64,000 bases of DNA from Utricularia gibba (GCA_002189035.1 CM007990.1:1054001-1118000), one strand, 5' to 3'; counted from the stretch's first letter, positions 1-13,263 are shown. Numbers and translations: made by a program. The notes: generated from the letters alone by a model not told the origin.

Positions 1-750
1 CGTGTTTAAGTGTGAGCTTGCGGTTTTTGATGTGGATGAGTTTGCATGCAGTTGAGGTTGTGGGTTTTTCTTTAATGTGATGTGATCAAATCTCTTTCTT
101 GGAGTTTATAGTGTTCTGTCTAGTGCAGGTTCATATTGGACTGTGATTAACCCGGCAACGGCGTTGTTTTTAATCATGTTCCATTTTTTTAAGTTGTCTT
201 CTTCTGCGTTTCTATCAAGTGATGTGAAGCTGTTGTGCAGTCTGTTAAACATGATTATGTTTTTGTTTTAAGGTCTTTTGTATGATGAGAGGGTGCCTAA
301 TGGGAGAAATAATATTGGGATCAACTGTTATTTAACAGGGATTGGTGACCTTTCTGATTACTTGGTATTTTCATATTGATTACACTTATGTTAGATGGTG
401 AATGCCATCAGATACTAGTTTGCAGTAGGGTTTATTTTTCAAAAAACCCAGTCAATTTTCAGCTACGGTGCGTGAGTGTCCTGCATTCCTATTGGACCAA
501 GTAAAAATTTATAAGGAAACTCTTTTTTATTCCATTGTGTTTTTGCAATCCATCACATGATGTCCTGTTTATCATTAAATATTTGGTGATCATATGAATA
601 TCTATTTTTTATTTTGATTTATGGATGTGAATCTCATTATATTACGAGAAACTAATCTTACCTTTCTCTCCCACGTCAGGTGTTGAGATTATGCTCCACT
701 TCAGGTGATCAATGTGAGTGCTTCTTCACAGGGAACACTTAAGAGGTTCA

Positions 751-3700
751 ATGGATTGTGACCTGCATGAAGTTCAGCAAGTCACATCTGGTCGCCTGAG
801 GGGGTTTATTTCAGTATATTATCTGATCAAGATGCTGTAAGTTCTCATAATTCTATCCTATTTCTCTATGGGTTTTCCCAGTTTCAGCAATGAGACTTAA
901 TTAATTCGAAACTGTAACGGAGAATTGCTTGAGTTTGTTTCTGTATTTGTGCATAGGAAAAGATTTCCACGATGGTGGTTAACAGTCCCAATGAAGTGTC
1001 TGATGCTGCATTGGGACTCCCTACTATGAATGCCACAGAATGCATTACATGCGGTGCTACAAACTCAAGGGATTGTGAAGGTAAGCCCTGGGATCTTTAA
1101 CTTCATAGATTCTTTTTATTGACTGATGCTGAGCAATGTTGCAGGGCATTTTGGTAAGATCAACTTCCCACATACAATTCTCAATCCTTACTACATGTCA
1201 GAAATTGCACAAATCCTCAATAAAATATGTCCTGGCTGTAAAACTCTTCGGCGTGGTAGAACGAAGGTTAGCAGAAAATTCATACTATAGCATAGAATAT
1301 TAGCCTGTTTACATTTGAATACCTAAACTAATGCTTAGCTGCTTTGCTTTTAACGAAACCTAATGTTTCATTCAGAAAGCTGATTCTGAATCAACCCAGT
1401 TGCTGCAGAGTTGCAAATATTGTAGGGTGAGTTGATGAGGAGTTTCTGTTCATTTCATGAGATTCACTATAAATGACTTTGTTAGACATGTTTTTCAGGG
1501 GAATTCTTCTGATGGCTATCCCAGAATGAAGTTTAGAGTTTCTTCAAAAGATGTATTTTCAAGGACTGCTATTATTGCACAAGTTGACGACAAGATGTTG
1601 AAAGATGGCCACACCAGAGGTTTGGCTCCTGACTATTGGGATATAATTCCTAACGATTCTGCTCAAGAACAAATCGGCTTGCCATCAATCCGAAGAGTTC
1701 TATTTCCTTACCAAGTAAAATTGCAATGAGACTTTATCTTTCTGTGACTGTTTGACAACAATTCTCCTTACTGTTCGTTCTCTAAATAAATCCAATTTTT
1801 TTTTACTTTTTTTTTTAAATTACACTCAAAGAAGTTTGATGTTTGTCCAATGTTTTCGGCTTTTAAAGTTGGAGTACTGTGGAGGAACATCATACCTATA
1901 GTACTCTAATGTCTCTTGTTTTTAATTGCATATTGTAACACTCATAGTTTTGAATAAAGCATTGCATCATGTGTTATCCTATACCTCTAAAAATAGTGAA
2001 GTCCCAACGGCTATTTCATGCATTTTGATTGTACTATTTATGCAGGTTTATAGCATTCTGAAAGATGTATCTCCAAGTACCTTGGAAGAAGTCAAACGGA
2101 AGAACTCAATATTTTTGAACTCCTTGCTCGTTACTCCAAATAGTCATCGAGTGAGAGAATTGGGTCTTCATATAACTGTTGTAAGTGAAATTCTTTGGCT
2201 TTTGGTCTGATGCAAAATGTAATAGTGAAGCTATAGATGGGTATCTGCCCTGACCATTTTGATATTTTACTTTGTTAGGATGAAAGTACCGCCTTGTACA
2301 AAAGGCTTGTTGATTTCAGAGGTACTCCACATGAACTAAGTGTTCGTGTTATGGAACGATATAAAATTTCAAAGGCAAGTTCAAATATAAAAATGATTTT
2401 ACTTGTCTTGAATTCATCTGTTTGAAAGAGATGTCAATCATAAAGCTCTCCTTATTGCAGCTACGCTCAGAAAAATTGTCTGCTCTAGGAAGGATTTTTG
2501 AAAAACAATCATCAAATGATTCTGTTTCCAGTTCTTCCGGGCTTAGAAATGTAAAAGACCTCCTGCTTGGAAAGCGGGGCGATAACTCTTTTCGTTTGGT
2601 GGTAGTTGGTGATCCAAGGCTTAAAGTTTCTGAGATTGGATTGCCATGTGAAATTGCAGATAGTGTGCTGATTTCTGATTATATCAGTACACTGAACTGG
2701 GATAAATTGGAATCATGCTGTGATTATATGCTTTATCGAAGGGGACTCCTCTCTTCTTTTTCTGTAATCAGAAATGGACGGAAAATTCGTGCATTGTCTA
2801 AGGACATGATTCAAATAGGTGATTGTATAAGCAGGCCACTTGTTGATGGTGATATTGTGTTGATTAATCGACCACCCTCTATCCATCAGCATTCCCTTTT
2901 AGCTTTGTCAGTCAAAGTTCTCCCTGTAAAATCTGCTGTGGCTATCAATCCACTTACATGTGCTCCCCTGCGAGGTGATTTTGATGGAGATTGTCTTCAT
3001 GGATATGTACCTCAATCCTTGAACACAAGAGTTGAGCTCAGTGAACTTGTTTCATTAAAAAGTCAGTTAGTTGATGGCCAAAACCATAGAAATTTGATGT
3101 CCCTTAGTCAAGATAGTTTGACTGGTGCCTACCTTATTCTTAACAATTCTGTCACCCTGAATAAGGCTGAGATGCAGCAGCTGCAAATGTTTTGTTCCTT
3201 TAAGCTTTTATCACCAGCCTTAATCAAGTCTGCTTCCCAGGACTCCCGATGGACAGGAAAACAATTGTTCAGCCTGCTTTTGCCAGATGATTTTGAATTC
3301 ATTTCTTCCAGTGATGTCCATATCAGAAAAGGAGAGCTTGCATTTTCTTCTGCTGCCCCGTTATGGCTGCGTGATAGCAGTGAAAACCTCTATCAGGGCC
3401 TTATCAAACATTGTGGAGACGGAGCCCTTCGTTTCCTTAATACTGCACAGGAAGTTTTTTGTGAATGGTTGACAAAACAAGGTCTCAGTGTTTCACTCTC
3501 TGATCTTTACCTTTCCCCTGATCAACATTCTCGTAAGAATCTTTTGGATGAAGTATATCAAGGCCTGCAGGAAGCAGCAAGGTTATCAGATGTAAGTTTG
3601 CTTATGGTGGACCAGTACAAGGACTTTCTTGTTGAAAATTCTGAAGAGGGGGAGAAGCTGGAAAATATTGTAAAAGAGCAAATATCGATTGCACCATATA

Positions 3701-6700
3701 CAAAGGCAGAGCTTTTCCAGGTTTCAGTTTCTGCGTCAAAGTTGGTGTTCTTAGATATGCAAAAACTTGTCTACAAGCACTCTCGCTATAACAACTCATT
3801 TATCAGTATGCTAAGGGCTGGGAGCAAGGGGAATCTGCAAAAACTTGTACAGCATAGCATGTGTTTGGGATTGCAGCATTCCTTAGCTCCACTGTCATTT
3901 TCAATTCCACGTCAACTCAGTTGTGCCGCATGGAACAATGAAAAGCAGTACTCTGATGTCCAGAAGTCACTTTATACGCATGATGCACCAACATCATTTA
4001 TTGCCTGTTCCATAGTCAAAAATTCTTTCTTGGAGGGCTTAAATCCTCTGCAGGCATTTACACTTTCATTAACATCACGTGACAGCTCGTTTAGTGGTCA
4101 TGCTGATGTTTCTGGGACCCTATGTCGAAAGCTGATGTTTTTCATGCGAGATCTGATAGTTGGATATGATGGAACTGTGAGAAACTGTATTGGGAATCAA
4201 GTTGTACAGTTTAACTACAACACTGCGGGTATCTCTGAAATGCCCCATGATGCTGTTATGGGTGGACATCCTGTGGGCTCGTTGGCTGCATGTGCCATTT
4301 CAGAAGCTGCTTATAGTGCCCTAGATCTTCCAGTCAGTTTTTTGGAACCGTCGCCTTTGCTTGGTCTGAAGGTCCCCATTCCTTTTATATATACATGATA
4401 CAATTCACCATAGCTATTTTCTATCATCCAGCAAATGTTTTATGTTATCTATTCTGATATTTCTATATATGCACACTGACTCTTATTAGTGCGTAAATAT
4501 TATGATGTAGAAAGTTCTGGAGTGTGGAGTAAAGAAAAGTCGAAATAAAACTGCATCATTGTACTTGTCCAAGAGACTGAGAAGATGGTCAAATGGCTTT
4601 GAGTATGGGGCTTTGCAAGTTAAGCATCATTTAGAAATATTGCTCTTCATGGAAATTGTTTCTGAAGTCAGGATATGGTACTGTTTACGTTACTTGTCAT
4701 GGATCTCTTTACCATTACTTATTTAGATAAAAATGCTTACTTGAAGTATTTGATCTTCAAATTTTAGCTTCTCTGAGCTGTTAAATGGCTGCACATACTC
4801 CACTCCATGGGTCTGTAATTTTTATATAAGCAAGGTACCATTCTAAAATGCAACCAACTTTTCCTGTATTTATGTTCTATTGTCGGACTGCTTTTATTAC
4901 TACAGGAACTTGCCAAGAAGGGACGTCTGAGTCTTCATTCCGTTATAAATACTCTTCGTAGGAATACTGAACAAGCCCGGTTGAAGTCAAAAAAAATGTG
5001 TCTTCCAAGACTGCAGATTACCGGCAAGTAAGTCTGCTTTCATTAACGCCAAGTCTGCAAAGTTTACTGAGGAGTGTTACTTCTTCTGACATTATTTCCT
5101 CATCTGCAGATTCTGCTCTGAAGCTGACGATTTCAATAAATCCTACTTATTTTGCATATCAGCCAGATTATCCACCAGCTATGGTGAATCTGATGTGAGC
5201 ATCCTTCGTGATATGGTGGTACCGGTTCTCCTTAAAACTGCAATAAGAGGTTCCTAACTGAGATAATGACTTCTTCTTACACTATTTGCATCTTTCTACA
5301 TACATTGCTCACCTCCTGAAAAGTTGCAAAACAAGAAGCTTGTGAGCATCGTGAATATGTCTTTTTTTAACAGATGCATCGTTTGTGTTCGAAAAATGAA
5401 TGAATTTGATGTCATGGCACTCCTCTCAGTCGTGATGTATTCTTGGCTCTATTATCACCTGATATATGCCGACATAACTGCCACATGGAAAAACCCTTTT
5501 GCAAAAAAATATTTGCTGTCCTATGCAGGGTTTCCAGAGTTCAGAAAGGTTGATATTGTGTGGAAAGATGGACCAAATCGTAAAAAATATTCGTGGCCCC
5601 CTTCAGGAGAACTCTACTTGCGAGTTTCTTCATCTGTTCATTGTGATGGAGATGCATTTTGGAGCATCCTGGTGGAAAATTGCCTAGGGATCAGGGAACT
5701 AATTGATTGGGAGCGTAGTCATCCTGATGATATTCTTGATTATAGCAATGCCTTTGGAGTTGCCACTGCTTGGCAGTTTTTTTGCAATGTGAGTTGCTTC
5801 CGTTGGGTGGAAAGAATGCCCTGCTTTTTCCTCTCTAGTTGTCACAAAAAAAAAATGAACTTTTGTATTTCGATGCAGAACTTGAATTCTTCCATTTTGG
5901 ATGCTGGCAAGACAATCCTTCCTGAGCATGTTACCATCACGGCGAGTTGCCTAACTGCAACTGGACAGTTTACTCCACTAAATGCGAGGGGACTGGTAAA
6001 CCAAAGAAAGGAAATCGGTGTTCATTCTCCATTCAGCCATGCCTTCTTCCTGGTACGTAGCCACTCAATTTAAAAGAGATTCTACCTTTTTTTCCTCACT
6101 GTATCTGGTTGCCTTCAGAACCCTAGTGATTGTTTTGTGAAAGCTGCAAAGAGTGGACAACATGATGAACTCAAGGGAAGTGTTGAGGCGCTGTCATGGG
6201 GTCAATATCCTCCCATTGGAACTGGCTCTCAGTTTGATATCATCTATAGTGGGAAGGTAGTGGTTCTAGATACTGCAGCCTCTTTATCAAAACTAAAATA
6301 TTTCATGTGCTTGCAATCCTGTGAATTGGATAACTTGCAAGTATAGATTGCCTGCTCAAGCTGACTGCCTCAAAGTCACTGCAGTTTTTCTGATTTTTCA
6401 TGTTTCTTGATTCCACAGCTTGCTTAGAACGTCCTTTCATCATTTGAGTTTGCACTAATGCAACCTTCCTTTTCCCTTGTCATCAGGCACATGAGCCATC
6501 AAAGCCTGCAGATGTATACGACTTGTTGCGATCCCACATCGGGCGAGCGAAATCAAATTTTACAGACAGGAACCTACCCATCAAACCTGTCAACCTGTGT
6601 CGCTTTAATAGAAAGCCATATCACCACCTGCTGGAGAGAATGCCTTCCCAGAACTTCTCAGTTCTTGGGATCAAGAAAATCTCCCAGAAACTAAGTCGCA

Positions 6701-7173
6701 TTCTGAAAGAGTATGCCACAGGAAAAAAAAAAAAAAAAACTCTTCTTTTGTTCATGATTCTATCTTCACTTTGTTGTTCTTAATGATGCAGGTACCCCAA
6801 GGATCGTCAGCTGAGTGAAGAAGACAAATCTGCGGCCTTGACAGTTCTTCAGTTCCACCCACGACGGCCGGAGAAGATCGGATCCGGCATTCTCGAGATA
6901 AAGGTACACTCAGAACCCTTGCTGAGATAAAAGTACACACACTCATGCCTCCATCTCCTCATCTTCTCCCAGGTTGGCCTTCACCCGGACTACAAAGAAA
7001 CATGCTTCATTCTGATAAGAACAGATGGTACAGAGGAGGACTTCTCATACCACAAATGTATAATCAATGCTCTAGAGATCATGTCGCCCAAAATGGCGAA
7101 AGCGTATCGATCCAGATGGAATAACTCCACGCGCCGCCCCCGGACTGAAGGGGTTGGCCGGAATATGCTGTAA
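751..7173 (+). CDS. NRPD1: RNA polymerase IV largest subunit, multi-exon (about 18 exons), with one apparent -1 frameshift in exon 1
   Basis: Spliced exons traced by hand from ATG 751 (MDCDLHEVQQ) to TAA 7171-7173. N-terminal Zn motifs CITC...CEGHFG and CPGC; CKYC...YPRMKF motif; NRPPSIHQHS; metal-A site RGDFDGDCLHGY (Pol IV type, not Pol II NADFDGD); C-terminal DeCL-like domain (FHP...KIG...CFILIRTDGTEEDFSYHKC). The G5 run at 800-804 needs one more G to reach the exon-1 donor at 837. Confidence 0.95.
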
Positions 7174-7216
7174 CAAGGCTGAGACCTGTCGTAGAAGAAA
7201 GACTTGATGCTTTTTG

Positions 7217-7328
7217 ATGGATAGCCGGAGCTTCCTTTTGCTGCTTCCCCTATAGTTTCTTGGCCCAGAGGATCGGCCAGGGAGTTCTAGGGGAAGTAGC
7301 AACGGGAAAGCTCTCAAAGGCTATCCAT
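7217..7328 (+). ncRNA. pre-miRNA-like stem-loop in the presumed NRPD1 3' UTR
   Basis: Arms 7217-7265 and 7275-7328 pair by hand at 47 of 49 left-arm positions (40 Watson-Crick, 7 G:U). There are 2 U-C mismatches, 1-nt and 4-nt bulges, and a 9-nt loop (7266-7274). Expression and processing are not shown by the sequence. Confidence 0.65.
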
Positions 7329-9221
7329 ACTTCGTGCTATTGATGCTTTTGCTTTCATGGTCTGATGACGTTCGTTCTTCTGGTTTCATGAACCTTTTCT
7401 TTTTCTTTCCTTTTTTTTTTAAAAAAATTCTCTATTTTATTAATTTTATAAAATATATAAAAATACGACTTTTATTGTATTAAAAGTATTTTTTAAGAAC
7501 TATTAAATGATATTTTGGGAAAAAAAATATTTTATTTATTTTGAAATGAAAATTTGATTTTATTAATAATTTGTGTGAAAAATAAAAAAAATAGAATTAG
7601 GTAGGACATCTCACCCGTCGGGTTGCTGTGTCAAGGATGCCACCCGGATCCCACCCGATCCGACCCGCACTCGGCAAGACGGGTAGGTGCATTTAAGAAG
7701 GCTGCCGAGGTTTCTTTCCTTCCTCTATTTTAATGAATTTTTTTAAATGACAAAATTAATCTAATTTAATGAATTAATAATTCATTATAAAGGGTCTGTT
7801 CTGTATCATGATTTTTTGAATGATTCTATTTAATTTTTGAATATTTTAATCTTTAGTTGTTTTGTAATAAATTCAAAAATTCAGATTATGTGATTAACTT
7901 TAAAATTATTGAATTTCTTGAATTTATGTTTTAAAAATTAAATAAAAAATATACTATTTACTTTTTATTTATTAGAAAAATACATTGTATCATTAAATTA
8001 AATTATATAATAATTTATTATATTCAACTTTATAATATATGGTTTACTTTATTAATTTATAATATAATTATATATTATTCTACGAAACATTTTTACAATT
8101 TTAAACTGATTTTATTCACATAATTTTAAAACTAATTATATTATATATAATCTAAAGTATAGCTTTAAATTGACCCAAATTATAATTGAAATTGATTTTA
8201 GGAATTTTTTAATTTTTTATCAAAAATATGAATATTCTAAAAAAAGAAGCCGCGGCGGAGATTTCGATGTGGTGATGTGGGGGCGAGAATGGCTGGCTGG
8301 CTGTCCGCCCATTCAGAAAATGTTCGCGTCGTGTCACTTTCTATTTTGACCCTCTCATTTTCTTTTTTATTCCATTTCTACCCACATTTTCACCCTGTGA
8401 GATTGAATTCGTTCTAAATATGAAAATACAGAAAGTATGGGGTGCTGTGTGTTATTAAAACGGAGATGAACTTGAACCAATTTGAAATAATTTATACTTC
8501 TACAAAAATATTTCAAAAACTATTAAAAATATTTATAAAAAAGTACATAGAAGCAAATATATACTTTATCCAAAGCTAGAGTTATATTTTAAAATTATAA
8601 ATTCAATTTAAATTTATTGGGTTCAATCCCTTTCAATAATAATTTTTATTATTTTAAATATAATTAAAAATGATTAAAATCATTATAAAAATAATTACTC
8701 TAAATTCATAACAACAAAAAATAATTAATTCTCAATTTATACCATTATCGCATAGTTTCAATAAATCACAGAGATGCCCCTCATGTTCCAGGAAATTAAC
8801 ATTGAGGCCTAATTGGAAAGCCAACGCTATGGAGAATCAAATTAATCTTGAGTGGTAACTGGTAGGGTTCTGGTGGGGGAAGGTTTGTGAGTGGGATTCG
8901 GAGGAGTCGGAGTGGAGGAAGTGGGGGATTTAGGTGAAATTAAGGAAATGGGAAATTGCTGCAATGCCCAATTGTTCCGTGAATTTTCTTTTTGCTGGTT
9001 TCCTATTTATAACGACAGAGTGGAGCCATTAAAGCATCACGTACAGCCCCGCAAATCTTCTTGGCCTGAGTTGTCCGTCCTGCTTGGGTTCTCTTGCTTT
9101 GCTTTGTTTGCTTGCAGGAGTATTCTTCCGTGATACTGCGACAGCGGGTCTGGGGTTTGGGGGGCTATCTTGATCGACTTCCTTATTACGTGCACGGACA
9201 TCTTTCCAACAGCACGAAGCG

Positions 9222-12064
9222 ATGGCGGAAAATGTGGGGATTCTCGCAATGGAGATTTACTTTCCTCCCACTTGTATCCAGCAGGTGAAGGGAATTTCGT
9301 GTACTGTTTCCTTTTGTTTGTACAAAAATGTGCGATGTGGTTATTGCCTTTGGTTTGCGAGATCACCTTTTCAGGGTTCCCGGAAAAATTGTTGCTTGGA
9401 GTGAGAATTGGGCATGGAGGGAATCTAGACTAAGAAAACTGAGTTCCCAGTGTTACTTTATACTTTTCTTTTTCTGGTTATGGAGATTATAGGCGTTGAC
9501 GCAAACGATGATAGGGTGGTACGGTCACCGTTAAAAGGAAGTGACAAAGACCTTGATTTCTCACTGTTTTTCCTTCTATTTTTTACGATCTTTTTCCTCT
9601 TTGAATCTGGCTTCTGAAACATAGATGAATGTGTCATCTGAAAATTCCTGAAATGGGTTATGTGCTGCTTGCAGGAGGTGCTGGAGGCTTATGATGGAGC
9701 AAGCAAGGGGAAGTACACCATTGGGCTCGGTCAAGACTGCATGGGTTTTTGTACTGAAGTAGAAGATGTAATTTCTATGAGGTATTCACCCGATGTCGAT
9801 TTGTCTCTTTTCCTCTTTAGTTTCCGTTATGACGCATCATTTGGTTGCGCGTGATTTGCAATAAATTTCAATGACACCATGATCATGGCGCTGTTCAGCA
9901 TCTGAAGTTAGTTCCCACTTGTATCTTTCAGCTTATGGGAAAAAGAGCTGGTTCTTGATCAATTTGTAGTTGTCCTGGTTGTACTATCTGTAATTCTTCC
10001 TTACACATTATACTTCAGTATGACAGTTGTGACTTCACTTTTGGAAAAGTATGGCATTGATCCCACAAAAATCGGGCGACTTGAAGTTGGAAGCGAGACT
10101 GTACTTGATAAAAGCAAATCCATAAAAACATTTCTGATGCCGATATTTGAGGTACACCAAATCCAATACTTACAATCGTTGTTCTGAAATGCCAACCCAG
10201 TTTTCTTTCCTTTTTATATACTGGTCCTTTATTTCGTGTGATTTAGAAATGTGGAAACACCGATGTAGAAGGCGTTGACTCAACAAATGCATGCTATGGT
10301 GGAACTGCAGCGTTGTTTAACTGTGTCAACTGGGTAGAAAGCAGCTCATGGGATGGGCGATATGGTCTTGTAATCTGCACAGACAGTGCGGTACTAGCTT
10401 CCTCACAATCCTTGTGTTCCTGAATGCAAGCATCTAAAAACAGATAGAGCTGTTGATCTATCTAGTTTCTATTGAGAATTTGTGGGTAAATTTTCTTTTG
10501 ATCTCACTAGTGTGTTTTGCTCATGGCAGGTATATGCCGAAGGCCCAGCTAGGCCAACCGGGGGTGCTGCAGCCCTTGCCATGTTAATTGGTCCAAATGC
10601 TCCCATTACCTTTGAAAGCAAACTTAGGGGGAGCCACATGGCACATGTTTATGATTTCTACAAGCCGGACCTTGCCAGTGAATATCCAGTAATTATTCTT
10701 TCCTTAAATTGGTGCATTCCTGTTAATGCAGCCATAAAATGATCATTGTGTGTTTTTTTGCTCCTTCTCTAGGTCGTAGATGGAAAGCTTTCCCAGACTT
10801 GTTACCTCATGGCGCTAGATTCGTGTTACAAGACATTGTGTCACAAGTAGGCTCCCTCCTGAAAGCTAGCTATTAACACACTGTTTTATCCATCCTCTAA
10901 CTGTTGCTTATGGTAGGCATGAAAAAATGGAGGGGAAGCAGTTATCTGTCGTTGATGTGGACTATTTTGTATTTCATTCCCCTTATAACAAGGTAATTCA
11001 TATAAAATCAGCGATGCATGAGTTTGAGTTGTTAACTTCATCCATCCTCTGAGTTCACATATATTCTTTGGAATGATTGCAGCTTGTGCAGAAGAGCTTT
11101 GCAAGATTGTTTTACAACGATTTCTTGAGAAACTCCAGGTGAAGAATTTTCCCATCCTTAGATCACTTTCTTGTTTTGATGTAGTTGCGTTTGTCTCATC
11201 TGTTTCATCAATATATTTTCAGCTACATTGACGAGAGTACTAAGGAGAAGTTGGCTCCATTTTCTTCATTAAGCAACGAAGAAAGCTACCAAAGTCGTGA
11301 CCTTGAGAAGGTACTCTAGGCTGGCAACAACCCTTCTCCGAGACTCATGCCTTCCATACCTGATCTTGACTGTATTTGCAGGTTTCCCAACAAGTTGCGA
11401 AGCCGTTTTATGATGCTAAGGTGCAGCCTTCGACACTTATCCCCAAACAAGTGGGAAACATGTATACAGCATCACTCTATGCTGCATTTGCATCTCTTCT
11501 CCACAGCAAAGCCGACACTTTGGTAAAGTGCCACTGATCTTCTACCACTCCCTCATGTATCTGAGTGTCACAAGTTTTCACCAAATTCCCCACATGTTCT
11601 TCAGGCTGGGCAGAGGGTGATATTGTTTTCTTACGGCAGTGGTCTAAGTGCCACCATGTTCTCCCTTCGCCTCAATGAGGGCCAGCATCCATTTAGTCTC
11701 TCCAACATCGCAAAAGTGATGAATGTTTCGGAGAAATTGAAGTCAAGGCATGAGGTCTGTTCCATTTCCTTATTGAACCAGGAGCAATTCCAAGCACATC
11801 ATCCTATATGCTGAATCTTCCCACAAGTGTGGAGTATTGTGTAAAGAATGACCGCTTTTTGTGCAGTTCCCACCTGAGAAGTTTGTGGAGACGATGAAGC
11901 TAATGGAGCACATGTATGGAAGCAAGGATTTCGTTACAAGCAAGGATAGCAGTCTCCTTGCACCAGGCACGTTCTATCTCACAGAAGTGGATTCCAAGTA
12001 CCGGAGGTTCTATGCCCAGAAAGCAGCTGAAGTTGAAAATGGCTCCCTTGCTAATGGGCACTGA
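9222..12064 (+). CDS. HMGS: hydroxymethylglutaryl-CoA synthase (mevalonate pathway), multi-exon
   Basis: [15 protein letters not shown] start, catalytic [24 protein letters not shown] and FSYGSG motifs, ends NGH*. GT-AG introns keep the frame. Confidence 0.97.
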
Positions 12065-12530
12065 TGATAGTAGAGCTATGGCTACTGAGCCGAGCCAAAT
12101 ACCAGCAACAAGCGGCCAAGCTAGCAACTTCATTTTCATCTGTGATTGTTATTAGTCTTGTGTTTGGGAAATAAGACAACTCTCTGTGCTTAGCCTTCTG
12201 AAATCCAATCTTCTGGTTCAGTTATTCATCTTTGGGAGCCACAAACGCATTCCTTCTGCTCCTCAACATAATGGGATAAGATCAAAGGAAGTCCACAGAT
12301 TTGAACACTGGACAAAGATAAAAAAGAGCGGCCTTTGGCTTGTGATATTGTCTATTGTGGCGGCTGTCAAGATCGCATTTTTAGGCTCTCGATATAAGTG
12401 GGATTCTGAATTCCTTCATCCTCATTTTTCCGCGGGCGCAGGTATTGAGTTTCTCTGAGTTTCCTATAATTCCCATGCTCGATTCGGTTTCTTGTCTTAC
12501 TGGAATTGGGATGGGCAGTTTTGCGCGACG

Positions 12531-13263
12531 ATGGATCAAATCAACCAAGGAGTTCGTGACCTTGAACATTTGCCACTCGATTCTTTACCCGACGCATCAG
12601 AGCAGATTGCCCGGAGAACCAGGTTGATCGGAGAAGACACCCCAGATGGTAAGCCGATTGTCAATGAGCTACTCTTACCGTGGCCTCGCTGCTGCGATGT
12701 CCATCATCGATCACTATATGGATGGCTTTTGTACAGATTTGCTAGCTTCAGCCGCTGTAGCAGACTTCAAAGGACCTGCGATATTCGGAGTTGTTCGTAT
12801 CGCTCAGGTTGACACGAAATCCACACGAATTGCAGCCATTTTCAGTGGCTTGCTACCCGGAAAGCAGCATGCTTGGTCTATCAACGAGTTTGGCGACTTA
12901 ACCATGGGCGTTATGAGCACCGGAAAAGTCTTCAATCCAACCCAAGTCGAAAGCCAGGTATGGTAAACACTTGTGATCACAACAGCTTCTTGGAAGATTC
13001 TCATAATGCAAATGCCTTGCTATTCAGCCACTTGGTGACCTGGGAACATTAGATGTGGATGAAAAGGGGTGGCCTTTTACATGAATGTGAAGGAGAATAT
13101 CAGAGTGAGTGACATCATTGGAAGAGCTCTGGTTGTGTATGGAAGTGAAGATGGTTCTGATGGTGGCATTGCAGCTGCAGTGGTTGCTAGAAGCGCAGCA
13201 GTTAGTGAGAAACACAAATTCTGGGAACGAACCAATGCTGATATTGTCATCAGTAAGATGTAA
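12531..13263 (+). pseudogene. CCS: degenerate copper chaperone for SOD (CCS)-like gene lacking both Cys copper-binding motifs
   Basis: Exons 12531-12648, 12737-12957, 13028-13263 give ...RLIGEDTPD/DLLASAAVADFKGPAIFGVVR...WSINEFGDL...PLGDLGTLDVDEKG...IIGRALVVYG...AAAVVARSA, which is the CCS domain II pattern. No MxCxxC N-terminus, no KLCxCDG segment, and a -1 shift at G4 13066-13069. Functional versus pseudogene status is unresolved. Confidence 0.8.

Noticed and set aside
6531-6541. Perfect plant snRNA upstream sequence element ATCCCACATCG
   Set aside because: Lies inside an NRPD1 coding exon (RSHIG), with no TATA box at the required spacing and no snRNA-like sequence downstream.
6904-6940. 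Duplicated donor context GAGATAAA(G/A)GTACAC in an NRPD1 intron
   Set aside because: The second donor (6933) is 29 nt downstream, out of frame, and would leave only a 40-nt intron.
7605-7690. GC island with several ACCCG motifs and a weak inverted repeat
   Set aside because: Arms are too short and degenerate, with no TSD; at most a tiny TE scrap.
12340-12375. TGTGGCGGCTGT (CGGC) and an overlapping VAAVK reading upstream of CCS-like, a possible relic of the MxCxxC domain
   Set aside because: The two readings are in different frames, the CGGC frame stops within 10 codons, and no splice path links it to ATG 12531. Chance cannot be excluded.
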